Assembly: GCA_017410245.1 (NCBI GenBank) | Contig: JAFQRE010000016.1 | Location: forward strand, 5,704-69,703 | DNA length: 64,000 bases | Direction of reading: 5' to 3' | DNA from: Bacteroidaceae bacterium | GTDB taxonomy: Bacteria > Bacteroidota > Bacteroidia > Bacteroidales > Barnesiellaceae_A | Part shown: positions 49,679 through 59,875 of the stretch, piece by piece | Layout: each line of letters starts with the position of its first letter | How positions within the stretch are numbered: position 1 is the first letter of the stretch | Program-made: the position numbers and the translations under genes | The notes under the pieces: generated by a model | Told to the model about the DNA's origin: nothing | The model's input: the letters and a program-made list of their open reading frames with translations, nothing else | Database searches by the model: none

Positions 49679-50860
49679 TCAGTATAAAAATCCAAACAAC
49701 CACAAAGGTATAACGTTTTTGTTTCCTATAGTCATACCATCAATGGTATAGTAGGTATCGCCACCCATGCGCGACTTGGAGCGTTGCGATATGACGCGAA
49801 ACGGATACTTTCCATCAACAACAAATCGCACACTATTTTTTCCCATATTGAGGCGATGATTGCTATGCAACGCATTGTAAAAAAACGTTTCGCACACAGC
49901 CTGACGATCGGCCACCATAGAGCGATTGGAATATATCAGGTTGGGATTGTGCAAATATAGCATAGCCGGCTTTTGCGGATACGACTCACCCTCTCGATAG
50001 AGCATATTGATGAGACGAGCGTCCTTGAAACACTTGATATAATTCATCACCGTTGCACGAGATATCTGTGTTTCATGACTCAATTGGCTTACATTCAAAG
50101 CACCTGGGGCACGCTTGATAATCAAATACAGCAAACGGCGCAATTTGGGCAGATACGACAACTCCAACTGCTTGAGCAACAATATATCCACCTCCATAAC
50201 CATATTGATGGTTTTGATAAGGTTTTCGGAGAAATTGCTCTTCTCGAGAAAGAATGGATAGTAACCGTGATGCAAATAGCCATCGAAGTACTCCAACGGA
50301 TTGACACGACCCGATATGGCACGAGCTATTGTTGCATGATTTTCTATAATCTCATCGAACGTATATGGACGGAATGACATTCCGGCCTTGATATTGAGAT
50401 ACTCACGAAACGAAAAACCTCGCAGATTGTACGATGCCACCAGGCCATCAAGCAAAGGATTTTCCTCCTTGAGTCGCATGACGGTAGATCCCGTAAAGAT
50501 AATCTGCAACTCGGGCAATGTGTCGTAGCAAGCACGCAAGGCCTCGCTCCAACCCGGGTACTTAAATACTTGGTCTATCAGCAACGTTCTGCCACCCTGC
50601 GCATAGAACACCGTTGCAAATTCCTCGAGCGAGTGGTCGGTAAAATAGAGATTATTGAGATTGATATAAAGACACTTACGGTCTTGTAGGCTCGAATGTT
50701 CGCGAGCATACTGCAACAAAAATGTCGTCTTGCCCACCCCTCGGCTACCCTTGATACCGATGAGACGATGCGACCAATCTATTTCGCGCATCAACTCGCG
50801 TCGGATAGGATTACCCAAGTGCTCCACCAAATAGCTATGTGTCCTATAAAACGATTCCAC
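49679..50860 (-). CDS. AAA_14-family ATP-binding protein
   Basis: Walker A GSRGVGKT; Walker B LLIDQ; C-terminal IPLWLFGFLY; GTG start. Confidence 0.85.
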   Translation of the reverse strand: MESFYRTHSYLVEHLGNPIRRELMREIDWSHRLIGIKGSRGVGKTTFLLQYAREHSSLQDRKCLYINLNNLYFTDHSLEEFATVFYAQGGRTLLIDQVFKYPGWSEALRACYDTLPELQIIFTGSTVMRLKEENPLLDGLVASYNLRGFSFREYLNIKAGMSFRPYTFDEIIENHATIARAISGRVNPLEYFDGYLHHGYYPFFLEKSNFSENLIKTINMVMEVDILLLKQLELSYLPKLRRLLYLIIKRAPGALNVSQLSHETQISRATVMNYIKCFKDARLINMLYREGESYPQKPAMLYLHNPNLIYSNRSMVADRQAVCETFFYNALHSNHRLNMGKNSVRFVVDGKYPFRVISQRSKSRMGGDTYYTIDGMTIGNKNVIPLWLFGFLY

Positions 50861-51056
50861 CTAATCTAAATTACCAGAATAGAATTTACATGCGCAAAGA
50901 TAATTATTAATACCCAATTTGACAACTACACATAGCAAAATAATGCATCAAATTCATAAGTTTGCATCTTTTAACACACATTGAGGATAGCCAAACTATT
51001 ATAAATCATTGCAAAAATGCACTATTAAAAAACACCATACAACTACATTTTCGTTT

Positions 51057-51146
51057 CTTTGAGGTAAACCTCGAAGATAGCCTGCACTCGCTGTGAAAAA
51101 TATTGAAGTAAACTTCATATTTCTCGCTCGTTTCTGTGTATCTTTG
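51057..51146. repeat. Intergenic palindromic element with nested hairpins, ending in a -7 promoter box
   Basis: ctttgagg/cctcgaag hairpin, then AAGATA...TATCTT termini enclosing gaaaaatattgaagt/acttcatatttctc. Confidence 0.5.
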
Positions 51147-51168
51147 TCGTGACAAAAAACAAACAATT

Positions 51169-52245
51169 ATGGCAACATTGAATATTGGCGACAAAGTACG
51201 ATTTCTCAATGCAGTAGGCGGAGGTATCGTACGCAAAATAAGTGGCGATATGGCTTACGTTGAAGAGCCGGACGGATTTGAGACACCTATTCTCACACGC
51301 GAGTGTGTAGTTGTTGAGCCGGCCAAACCTGAGAAGAAGCAGCCCGAAGTGAAAACTATCTTTACTGCTGCTACTTTCAGCAAGGAGGAGAGTAAAAAGA
51401 GCACCCCCTCTCCCATGCCACAGCTCGAGTCTATAGAGGAGACTCCCGAAGGCGAACAACTGAATATTGCATTGGCAATTATCCCTCACGAGCCCAAGCA
51501 CCTCAACACAACAGCCTACGACATCTGCTTGGTAAACGATAGCAACTACTACCTATACTTCACCTTTACGAGTCGCGACGATGCGGGCTGGCGCACACGA
51601 CACGCCGGCGTGATAGAGCCCAACACTCAGATGGAGCTGGAGGAATTGCAACAACAAGACGTAAACTCATTGCAACGCATAGGTTTTCAATACATCGCAT
51701 TCAAGCAAGGCAAGCACTTCGCCGCCAAGAATCCCGGTGGCATAGAGATGCGCTTCGACCCCGTGCGCCTATACAAGCTACACAGTTTCCGCGACAACCT
51801 ATACTATGACGAGCCTGCACTTATTTTGGACTTGGTAAAGAACGACACTCCCATACGTCCTTTGGTAGTAAATACCGACGATCTGGCTCGTGCCATGAGC
51901 GAGAAGAACGCCTCGGCCTCGATCAATCGTCCTCACGTGAGCAAGCCCAAACAACAAGCTGCAGAGATTATTGAAGTAGATTTGCACATCAATGCGCTAC
52001 TCGACAACACCGCGGGTATGAGTAATGGCGAGATGCTTGAGTACCAAATGGATACTTTCCGCAAAGTATTGGCCGAGCACAAGCACCACAAAGGACAACG
52101 CATAGTATTCATACACGGCAAGGGCGAAGGCACACTGCGTCGCGCCATTCTCGACGAACTGCGCACACGCTACAAAGAGTATAGTTGCCAAGATGCATCG
52201 TTCCGCGAATACGGCTTTGGTGCAACAATGGTAACAATACACTGA
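51169..52245 (+). CDS. DUF2027 / Smr-domain protein
   Basis: IGDKVRFLN N-terminus; EVDLHI, IVFIHGKGEGTLR and YGFGAT Smr motifs. Confidence 0.9.
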   Translation: MATLNIGDKVRFLNAVGGGIVRKISGDMAYVEEPDGFETPILTRECVVVEPAKPEKKQPEVKTIFTAATFSKEESKKSTPSPMPQLESIEETPEGEQLNIALAIIPHEPKHLNTTAYDICLVNDSNYYLYFTFTSRDDAGWRTRHAGVIEPNTQMELEELQQQDVNSLQRIGFQYIAFKQGKHFAAKNPGGIEMRFDPVRLYKLHSFRDNLYYDEPALILDLVKNDTPIRPLVVNTDDLARAMSEKNASASINRPHVSKPKQQAAEIIEVDLHINALLDNTAGMSNGEMLEYQMDTFRKVLAEHKHHKGQRIVFIHGKGEGTLRRAILDELRTRYKEYSCQDASFREYGFGATMVTIH

Positions 52246-52266
52246 TTATTCCCTGTACACCATAAG

Positions 52267-52300
52267 AAAACGCCCTGCATGTTGATCATGCAGGGCGTTT
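52267..52300. terminator. Bidirectional terminator
   Basis: aaacgccctgcatg-ttgat-catgcagggcgttt perfect 14-bp stem. Confidence 0.85.
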
Positions 52301-52319
52301 ATCATTGAGTTACTATCTA

Positions 52320-54191
52320 TTATCCTTCAAACTCTACCAATACAGCATTTGTAGCAACAACTTGTCCGGGTTGAACAAAGATGCGTTTGATAACGCCTTC
52401 GCGCTCGCTTGTAACGGTATTTTCCATCTTCATTGCCTCATAAACGAGCAATGCTTGACCTTTCTTCACTGCATCTCCGGGTTGCACAGCTATAGAGATG
52501 ATGTTACCACCCATAGGTATCTTTTGTACAGGACCTGTAATGGGTTCTTCGGCAGCCTTCTTCTCCTCTACAACCTCAGTTTTGGGAGCAGCAGCATACT
52601 CTTCGGCACGACGATTGCGCAAGAATGTAGCACCTACAGTGGGGAAGAGTTGGAGCAAGAGATAATCGCTCTCGTCCTTGGCCAATTTCACGCCACCAAA
52701 CTCGGGCAAAGTAGGATTGGCAGGAGCTTGATATGCATTGATATCGTAAGGCTTCTCAATAGCACTACCGGTAATCTTCTCACGGAAAGCAGGGTCGATA
52801 GCAACGGGAGTCTTACCATACTCACCCTTGATAAGGTTGATAAATTGGTTACTTACCATTGTGTAGTCGGGATTGCCTTTCTTGCGGTCGATAGCAAGGC
52901 TCACAGCCTGACCACCTACGATTTGTGAAGTAGGAGTTACAAGAGGAACAAGACCTGCTGCACGACGCACCTCGGGAATGAGAGCCATAGCATCGTTCAA
53001 TACGTCCTCTGCACCAAGACTCTTCAATTGAGCTACCATGTTACTGTACATACCACCGGGAACCTCGGCATTCTTCACGATTTCGTTAGCTTTGGGGAAA
53101 CCAAAGTAAGCCTCAATAGCGTGGCAAGCATCAAGCAACTCAGCCTCGTTGTTAGCCTTAGCAGCAGCAATTGCTTTGTCAAATTGAGCATCTACCTCAG
53201 CAGGGAGAGTGTCTTTGAGAGGATCGAATGCGCGGGGGAATTTGTCTTTATTCAAGTCAAAGTCGGCCAAGTCGCGACGAATACCCTCGAGTTTTACACG
53301 AATACGGCCTACAGCCTCCATGTTAGCTTCCAACTCTATACCCAACTTTTGACAGAATACATATATAAGCTCGATAGCGGGAGCTGCAGAGCCACCACCG
53401 AAGTACCAAATGTTGGTATCGAGAATATCTACTCCATGTATAACAGCCATTAATGACGATGCAAGACCGTAACCGGGAGTACAGTGTGTGTGGAAATCAA
53501 CAGGTACGCTGACAGCTTTTTTCAAAGCGGGGATAAGGGTTGTAACGCGAGCGGGATTTACAAGACCGGCCATATCTTTGAGTGTGATAATCTTGGCACC
53601 CATAGCCTCCATACCCTTAGCTTTCTCTACGAAATACTCATCGGTAAAGATCTTCTTCATCTCGGCAGGAGCGGCCTTCTTACCAAAGAGACGAGCAAAG
53701 AAACCCACCTTCTCGGGTGCTGCATTTTGTGCCGGTTTGGGATCTACTGTATAACATACTGCACCATCGGCAATACCACCAACTTCGTTGATTTTCTTGA
53801 TAGAACTCTCAACGTTGTTGAGGTCATTGAGAGCATCAAATACACGCATGATGCCAAGACCTTGCTTAACGGCCTCTTTATAGAAACCATCGATAACAGT
53901 ATTGGGATAAGGTGCATAACCAAAGAGGTTACGTCCACGCGAAAGAGCTGTAAGATAAGAACGTCCTTCTATAACTTTGCTGATAGAGCTAAGGCGTGTC
54001 CATGGACTCTCATCGAGGTAACGCATTACTGAATCGGGCACTGCACCACCCCAAACTTCCATTGCATAGAAACCTGCCTCTTTGTAGTCTTCGATAACTT
54101 GCTCTACATGCTTACTTTGCAAACGAGTTGCAAAAAGCGATTGATGACCATCGCGCAATGTTAGGTCGCGAATTTTCAATTTTCTCGCCAT
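52320..54191 (-). CDS. Pyruvate/oxaloacetate carboxyltransferase with biotin carrier (PycB/OadA-like)
   Basis: RDGHQS, EVWGGA, LKDMAG, HTH, PGGMYSN and LVTPTSQIVG motifs; EAMKM biotinylation site; no biotin carboxylase domain. Confidence 0.9.
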   Translation of the reverse strand: MARKLKIRDLTLRDGHQSLFATRLQSKHVEQVIEDYKEAGFYAMEVWGGAVPDSVMRYLDESPWTRLSSISKVIEGRSYLTALSRGRNLFGYAPYPNTVIDGFYKEAVKQGLGIMRVFDALNDLNNVESSIKKINEVGGIADGAVCYTVDPKPAQNAAPEKVGFFARLFGKKAAPAEMKKIFTDEYFVEKAKGMEAMGAKIITLKDMAGLVNPARVTTLIPALKKAVSVPVDFHTHCTPGYGLASSLMAVIHGVDILDTNIWYFGGGSAAPAIELIYVFCQKLGIELEANMEAVGRIRVKLEGIRRDLADFDLNKDKFPRAFDPLKDTLPAEVDAQFDKAIAAAKANNEAELLDACHAIEAYFGFPKANEIVKNAEVPGGMYSNMVAQLKSLGAEDVLNDAMALIPEVRRAAGLVPLVTPTSQIVGGQAVSLAIDRKKGNPDYTMVSNQFINLIKGEYGKTPVAIDPAFREKITGSAIEKPYDINAYQAPANPTLPEFGGVKLAKDESDYLLLQLFPTVGATFLRNRRAEEYAAAPKTEVVEEKKAAEEPITGPVQKIPMGGNIISIAVQPGDAVKKGQALLVYEAMKMENTVTSEREGVIKRIFVQPGQVVATNAVLVEFEG

Positions 54192-54299
54192 AATAATTTC
54201 TTTAAAGTGTTTATATTCACAGTATTAATAATTAATAATAAATTCTTCTTATTACATCTTCGACACAGGTTGCTAAAACATCTGCCAAAGAAGCAACTG

Positions 54300-54330
54300 C
54301 AAATATAGCGAAAGGTAAAAAAAAAACAAA
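54300..54330 (-). promoter_or_regulatory. Sigma-A promoter for the carboxyltransferase
   Basis: Minus strand TTTG-N19-TATATTTG; the spacer contains T10. Confidence 0.7.
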
Positions 54331-54633
54331 TAAATTCGGAAAATTTTCTCTATTTATTTTACTCTGCTATCTACCTATGTTTCAAGTCTTTTAATTATAC
54401 ACACATTGCTAACTTGTATTTTGCAAACAGCACTTTACAACTAAGCACATAACATCGACCTATTTGACAAATTACTTATAAATATATAAGTATCTCTACG
54501 CATCTCACGCTACCCCCATCGACAATATATATCAACACATCGCAATAAAACTTTACCGGCTTGATACACATTAAACAGATTTATTTTTTATCTTTGCACC
54601 ACATGTGATAAAAACCTAATAATACAAATAGTT

Positions 54634-56277
54634 ATGGCAACAAAACCTTTTAAGTATCAGCCGATGTTCCCCAACGTAAAACCCGATGAAACGGAGTATT
54701 ACCTATTGACTAAGGAACACGTATCGGTAAGTGAATGTAATGGACACGAAATATTGGTAGTAGAACCCGAGGCTCTCACCAAACTTGCCAATGCAGCCAT
54801 GCGCGATGTATCGTTCATGTTGCGTCGCGAACACAACGAGATGGTAGCCAAGGCTCTTCACGACCCCGAGGCCAGCGACAACGACAAGTTTGTAGCACTC
54901 ACCATGTTGCGCAATGCCGAGGTTGCTTGCAAAGGCGTACTCCCCTTCTGCCAAGACACCGGTACTGCCGTTGTAATGGGTAAAAAAGGCCAACAAGTAT
55001 GGACTGGTGGTGGAGACGAAGAGGCTCTTTCGTTGGGTATATACAAGACATACACCGAGGAGAACCTTCGTTACTCACAAAACGCTCCTCTCAACATGTA
55101 TGACGAGGTGAATACCGGTTGTAACCTTCCCGCTCAAATAGACCTTTTTGCCACAGATGGCAACGAGTATAACTTCTTGTTTATTGCCAAAGGTGGTGGC
55201 TCGGCCAACAAAACATATCTCTATCAAGAGACCAAAGCTCTTATCAATCCCAAGACACTCGTTCCCTTCCTCGTTGAGAAGATGAAGACCTTGGGTACCG
55301 CTGCTTGTCCGCCCTATCACATTGCTTTTGTTATAGGTGGTACAAGTGCCGAGACCAACCTCAAGACCGTTAAATTGGCTTCGGCCAAGTACTACGACCG
55401 CCTTCCTACCGAGGGTAACGAGTGGGGACAAGCCTTCCGTGATGTAGAACTCGAGAAAGAGGTATTGGCTGCAGCACAAGCATCGGGCTTCGGTGCTCAA
55501 TTTGGTGGTAAATACTTTGCTCACGACATTCGCATCATACGTCTGCCTCGTCATGGTGCATCTTGCCCTGTAGGTATGGGTGTATCTTGCTCGGCCGACC
55601 GCAACATCAAGGCCAAAATCAACAAAGACGGATTGTGGATTGAGCGTCTCGACGATCAACCTTCGACCCTTATACCCGAGGAGTTGCGCCAAGCAGGCGA
55701 AGGCGATGCTGTACGTATCGATCTCAACCGCCCCATGAACGAAATATTGGCCGAACTCACCAAGTATCCTGTAGCTACTCGTCTGTCGCTCAATGGTACT
55801 ATCATTGTAGGTCGCGACATCGCTCATGCCAAGATCAAAGAGCGTCTCGATGCCGGCGAGCCTATGCCCGAATACTTGAAAAATCACCCCATCTACTATG
55901 CTGGTCCCGCCAAGACTCCTGCCGGTATGGCTTCGGGCTCATTCGGTCCCACAACAGCAGGCCGTATGGACTCATACGTAGATTTGTTCCAATCAAATGG
56001 TGGCTCGATGGTAATGATTGCCAAGGGTAACCGCAGCCAACAAGTAACCGACGCTTGTCACAAACACGGAGGTTTCTATCTTGGCAGTATAGGTGGCCCG
56101 GCCGCTATCTTGGCTCAGAACAGCATCAAGAAAGTTGAGTGCCTTGAGTATCCCGAGCTTGGCATGGAGGCTATTTGGAAAATCGAAGTTGTTGATTTCC
56201 CCGCCTTTATTCTCGTAGATGACAAAGGCAATGACTTCTTCAAGCAAATCAAACCCACCTGCCCCGGCAAGTGCTGA
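54634..56277 (+). CDS. fumB: Class I (Fe-S) fumarate hydratase
   Basis: [28 protein letters not shown] and GPTTAGRM motifs; TATCTTTG box at 54589-54596. Confidence 0.93.
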   Translation: MATKPFKYQPMFPNVKPDETEYYLLTKEHVSVSECNGHEILVVEPEALTKLANAAMRDVSFMLRREHNEMVAKALHDPEASDNDKFVALTMLRNAEVACKGVLPFCQDTGTAVVMGKKGQQVWTGGGDEEALSLGIYKTYTEENLRYSQNAPLNMYDEVNTGCNLPAQIDLFATDGNEYNFLFIAKGGGSANKTYLYQETKALINPKTLVPFLVEKMKTLGTAACPPYHIAFVIGGTSAETNLKTVKLASAKYYDRLPTEGNEWGQAFRDVELEKEVLAAAQASGFGAQFGGKYFAHDIRIIRLPRHGASCPVGMGVSCSADRNIKAKINKDGLWIERLDDQPSTLIPEELRQAGEGDAVRIDLNRPMNEILAELTKYPVATRLSLNGTIIVGRDIAHAKIKERLDAGEPMPEYLKNHPIYYAGPAKTPAGMASGSFGPTTAGRMDSYVDLFQSNGGSMVMIAKGNRSQQVTDACHKHGGFYLGSIGGPAAILAQNSIKKVECLEYPELGMEAIWKIEVVDFPAFILVDDKGNDFFKQIKPTCPGKC

Positions 56278-56301
56278 TAAGTAATAAGATATAAACTGAA
56301 C

Positions 56302-56333
56302 ACGGGTCTCTCTTTCGGAGGCCCGTTTTTTTA
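56302..56333 (+). terminator. Intrinsic terminator after fumarase
   Basis: acgggtctc ... gaggcccgt followed by a T-run. Confidence 0.8.
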
Positions 56334-56351
56334 TCCTATTTTACCAATTGT

Positions 56352-58100
56352 TTATTGAGGCACTTTATACAGTGTAATGTAAGCATCACTATAGGCTTCA
56401 TAGTACCCATGGCGTTGCATAAATTCGATTAAGGCATTGGCCTTGGCATGCAGTTCGGGGTGCTCTATGGCATTGAGATAATCGGTATGCGAAAGGTCGC
56501 GGTAATAGAAATGAGGAATTGCTATCAAAGGCAACTGGCGCGGACTATGTTCGGCATCATAGAGTTGTCGCTGAAACATATCAGCCCCCCAGAAAGTACT
56601 CCACGGAGAGCCTAAATAGGGTTGCATGCCGGTAAGATAGTGCAACATAGGCGCATTATCGAAGATGAGCAGATAGTTGCCCGGCATGCGATGTTTGAGT
56701 GTAGCAGTCACAATGCAATCGGTCAGTTGTGCTCGTTGGTGCGAGGTATAGGTTGTGGCAACTGTAGCAACTTGCGGACGATACAACTTCTCCAATCGAC
56801 TACCATCGTCAAAGTAGCATACGCTATGCGTTGCAACAAAGAATATAAAGGCCACACCGGCTATCAAACTGATATCGCGCGATGTACTTTCATCTATAGT
56901 AATGCCATATCGTTGCTCACGAGCATCGTCAATAGTAATCTTCAACTTGAGTGGACGACGCATAAGATCAATGAGCAAAGGCATACCCAACCACATGCAA
57001 GAGTTGCTTATATTGTTGTATGAGTCGCCTCCAATGGGTATCACCACAAGCATAACAAGAGCCGACAGTGCCATTATCATCACATTGCAATCGCTCCGGT
57101 TACAGAATGCATAAATAAGGCTTGCGGCAGTTACGGCTCCCCACATGGCATATATATTACGTGTAAGCAAAGCATACAAAATAGCCACACATATAGCTCC
57201 TGCTATCAACTTATTGCCTCGCAATTTGACATATTGTGTAGCAACAATATATATAAGACATACCAGAAATACATACAACGAACTTGTTACTATGGCTTTA
57301 TAGGTATATGTATAACTACCTATGAGTCGCTGCAGATTGTGTGTATCGGAGGAGTCGCCACTCATGACAAAAAGCGAACCGATTGAGGAGAACCACACCG
57401 ACAGATGCTGTAAGGCGAGCATTACTACCAACATTACTCCCGAGGCAATTATCATACCTCCAAGTATGCGCAGTGCGTTATGAAATGCATTGTAGTAATT
57501 CTCTCTGTACGCAGCCTCGACAAACGGAACAAAAAAGAGTATAGCCAGCGCAAAATTGGGAAGTCGCACCATACCATTGAGCACAATCAAGCCTCCCATG
57601 AGATACCAAGCCACTTTGTTTCCCCCCAGTCCGCGTTGCATAGCAAGAATAGTGAGTAGGAACAACAATATGGTGAGGCAATCGTGGTTGAAATAATATA
57701 GACACAGTCCCGGCCATAATACACAAGCCAACGTACTCAGCACGATAACCGAGGGCTTGAAGTAAGGACGAAGTATGGCAAATGTGGTAAGCACAATACC
57801 ACATGATGTAAGCGCAAAAAGTATGCGATAGCCGTATGTACCCAGCCAGCCAAATAAAATCTCCCACACGCCTCCTATCAAGCCGGTAAGGTAGTAGAGA
57901 AAGAGATACTCTACATCGGCCGGGTGTGTAAAGATATTCTGATAGAAAGTAAGCGAGAAACCCTCATCGGCATAATCGAGGCCTTGCAATGATATGAGCA
58001 GATAATAGACAAAGGCAAACACCACCATGCCCCACTTGCAACGTCGAGGGTGACGGTCGAGTAGGCTCATTATATCCGATATATTCTGGAGAAGCTGCAT
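56352..58100 (-). CDS. Polytopic membrane protein, putative GT-C (ArnT/PMT-like) glycosyltransferase
   Basis: About 12 hydrophobic segments; acidic DYADEG loop after the first TM; soluble C-terminal domain. Confidence 0.55.
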   Translation of the reverse strand: MQLLQNISDIMSLLDRHPRRCKWGMVVFAFVYYLLISLQGLDYADEGFSLTFYQNIFTHPADVEYLFLYYLTGLIGGVWEILFGWLGTYGYRILFALTSCGIVLTTFAILRPYFKPSVIVLSTLACVLWPGLCLYYFNHDCLTILLFLLTILAMQRGLGGNKVAWYLMGGLIVLNGMVRLPNFALAILFFVPFVEAAYRENYYNAFHNALRILGGMIIASGVMLVVMLALQHLSVWFSSIGSLFVMSGDSSDTHNLQRLIGSYTYTYKAIVTSSLYVFLVCLIYIVATQYVKLRGNKLIAGAICVAILYALLTRNIYAMWGAVTAASLIYAFCNRSDCNVMIMALSALVMLVVIPIGGDSYNNISNSCMWLGMPLLIDLMRRPLKLKITIDDAREQRYGITIDESTSRDISLIAGVAFIFFVATHSVCYFDDGSRLEKLYRPQVATVATTYTSHQRAQLTDCIVTATLKHRMPGNYLLIFDNAPMLHYLTGMQPYLGSPWSTFWGADMFQRQLYDAEHSPRQLPLIAIPHFYYRDLSHTDYLNAIEHPELHAKANALIEFMQRHGYYEAYSDAYITLYKVPQ

Positions 58101-58109
58101 ACCAAACGC

Positions 58110-58586
58110 CTATTTTTCTATCAACACAACAGCGTAAGCCGATATACCCTCTTCGCGACCTGTAAAGCCTAACTTCTCGGTTGTAGTAGCTTTGATAGAA
58201 ATATCCTCTACATCAATGCCCATACACTCGGCCAACGCCTCTTTCATGGCCGGTATATGAGGATTAAGTTTGGGGCGCTCGGCGCAGATGGTCATATCGG
58301 CATTACCCACACGATAGCCCTTCTCGGCAAGCAAAGCAATCACTTCACGCAACAATATCTTACTATCGATACCTGCATATTTGCCGGCAGTATCGGGGAA
58401 GTGATAACCTATATCGCGCATATTGGCAGCTCCTAACAATGCATCACACAACGCATGTATCAACACATCGGCATCTGAGTGTCCCAGCAAACCGGCAGTG
58501 TGCTCAATGCGTACACCGCCCAGCCAAAGGTCGCGACCTTCGACAAGGCGGTGTACGTCATATCCCATACCCACTCTTATTTTCAT
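58110..58586 (-). CDS. ispF: 2-C-methyl-D-erythritol 2,4-cyclodiphosphate synthase
   Basis: GYDVH, GHSDADV and KATTTEKLGFTGREEG motifs. Confidence 0.97.
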   Translation of the reverse strand: MKIRVGMGYDVHRLVEGRDLWLGGVRIEHTAGLLGHSDADVLIHALCDALLGAANMRDIGYHFPDTAGKYAGIDSKILLREVIALLAEKGYRVGNADMTICAERPKLNPHIPAMKEALAECMGIDVEDISIKATTTEKLGFTGREEGISAYAVVLIEK

Positions 58587-58599
58587 AGGAGTTGTATTT

Positions 58600-59817
58600 T
58601 TATTTTATCAAGTTCTTTATTCCTTCCATGTCAAACGACAAGGTGAAGCGCAATGTTTGGTCGAGCGGACTCGAAGCTGCTGTTGCCAAGAGATAGGCAG
58701 CATCTACTTGCAATACGCTATAGGCAAAACTGGCACCAAACGAGAAAAATTGGCGGTTGCCTTTATATTCGTCTTCGTAGTAGTAACCGGCACGAAGTGA
58801 GAACTGACGGTTGTATGAGTACTCAATACCTACAGAGAAGTTTATCTCACGCAACTCTTCGGCAAAACCTCCGGGTGCATCGTAGAACGACTTGGCAATA
58901 CCTTCAAAGGGCGACATGGCATAATATTCTTCACGAGCTGCATTGTAAGCATCGGTATCAATTGTACCATCTTCATTTCTGAATTGATATTCTTGTGGCA
59001 TAGTGGGTACCAACAACTTATTGGCATCGAAATTAATCGACATGGTATTCTTGTCGGCTATGGGAAACAAGAAAGTTGTACCCAACTTGAGGTTAGTAGG
59101 CAAGAATGCCGGCTCATTACCATTATCATAGGCAAGTTTCGAACCGATATTCGAGATATTCATACCCCATGTCCACTGACACTCGTTGCGGGCAATAATA
59201 GGATATGAAGTGTGATACCATGAAATATCGGCGCCAAAGGCCGAAGCTCCCTTGACACTTCCTGTGGCACTTCCGCTCTCGTCATATTGAAAACCGAGGT
59301 CGGAATAGATATAGCGCAATACTACACCCATTGAAAAACTCTCCGACAACTTACGTGAGTAACCCACATCTACTGCCATCTCAAAGGGATTGATTGAATT
59401 TACTTCATCACCATTCTGGTTGGTAAGAATAATACTACCCAATGAGAAATAGCGCAACGAAGCACTGACAGCTTGGGGACTACCCTCGCCAAACTTCAAA
59501 TAGCCACTAAGGTTGGCCAAGTAGATGTCATTGACAAGTTTACTCAACCAAGGTGTGTATGACAAACCTATACCTGCATCGCTGTAGGCAAATGCATACT
59601 TCGAAGCGTTCCAAAACTGAGAGTTTACATCGGGGTCGGTAGCCGCACCTATATCACCCATACCGGCACCTCGCGCATCGGGTGCAATTGTGAGCGATGT
59701 AGCTCCGGTATTGACCGGATTGAATTGTCTTACTACCTCTCCCTGTCCATACACATTGATGGCATAAAGCGTTACCATGAAGAGTGCTATGACCGATATT
59801 TTTCTTGTCTTATTCAT
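58600..59817 (-). CDS. porV: T9SS shuttle/outer membrane protein PorV
   Basis: LTIAPDARGAGMGD, SYTPWL and SPLDQTLRFTL motifs; porU-porV-ispF synteny. Confidence 0.95.
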   Translation of the reverse strand: MNKTRKISVIALFMVTLYAINVYGQGEVVRQFNPVNTGATSLTIAPDARGAGMGDIGAATDPDVNSQFWNASKYAFAYSDAGIGLSYTPWLSKLVNDIYLANLSGYLKFGEGSPQAVSASLRYFSLGSIILTNQNGDEVNSINPFEMAVDVGYSRKLSESFSMGVVLRYIYSDLGFQYDESGSATGSVKGASAFGADISWYHTSYPIIARNECQWTWGMNISNIGSKLAYDNGNEPAFLPTNLKLGTTFLFPIADKNTMSINFDANKLLVPTMPQEYQFRNEDGTIDTDAYNAAREEYYAMSPFEGIAKSFYDAPGGFAEELREINFSVGIEYSYNRQFSLRAGYYYEDEYKGNRQFFSFGASFAYSVLQVDAAYLLATAASSPLDQTLRFTLSFDMEGIKNLIK

Positions 59818-59875
59818 GCAATTCTATTTTTATTTGGAGATAAAGTCACTTATATATAACCACATTTTATATGAT

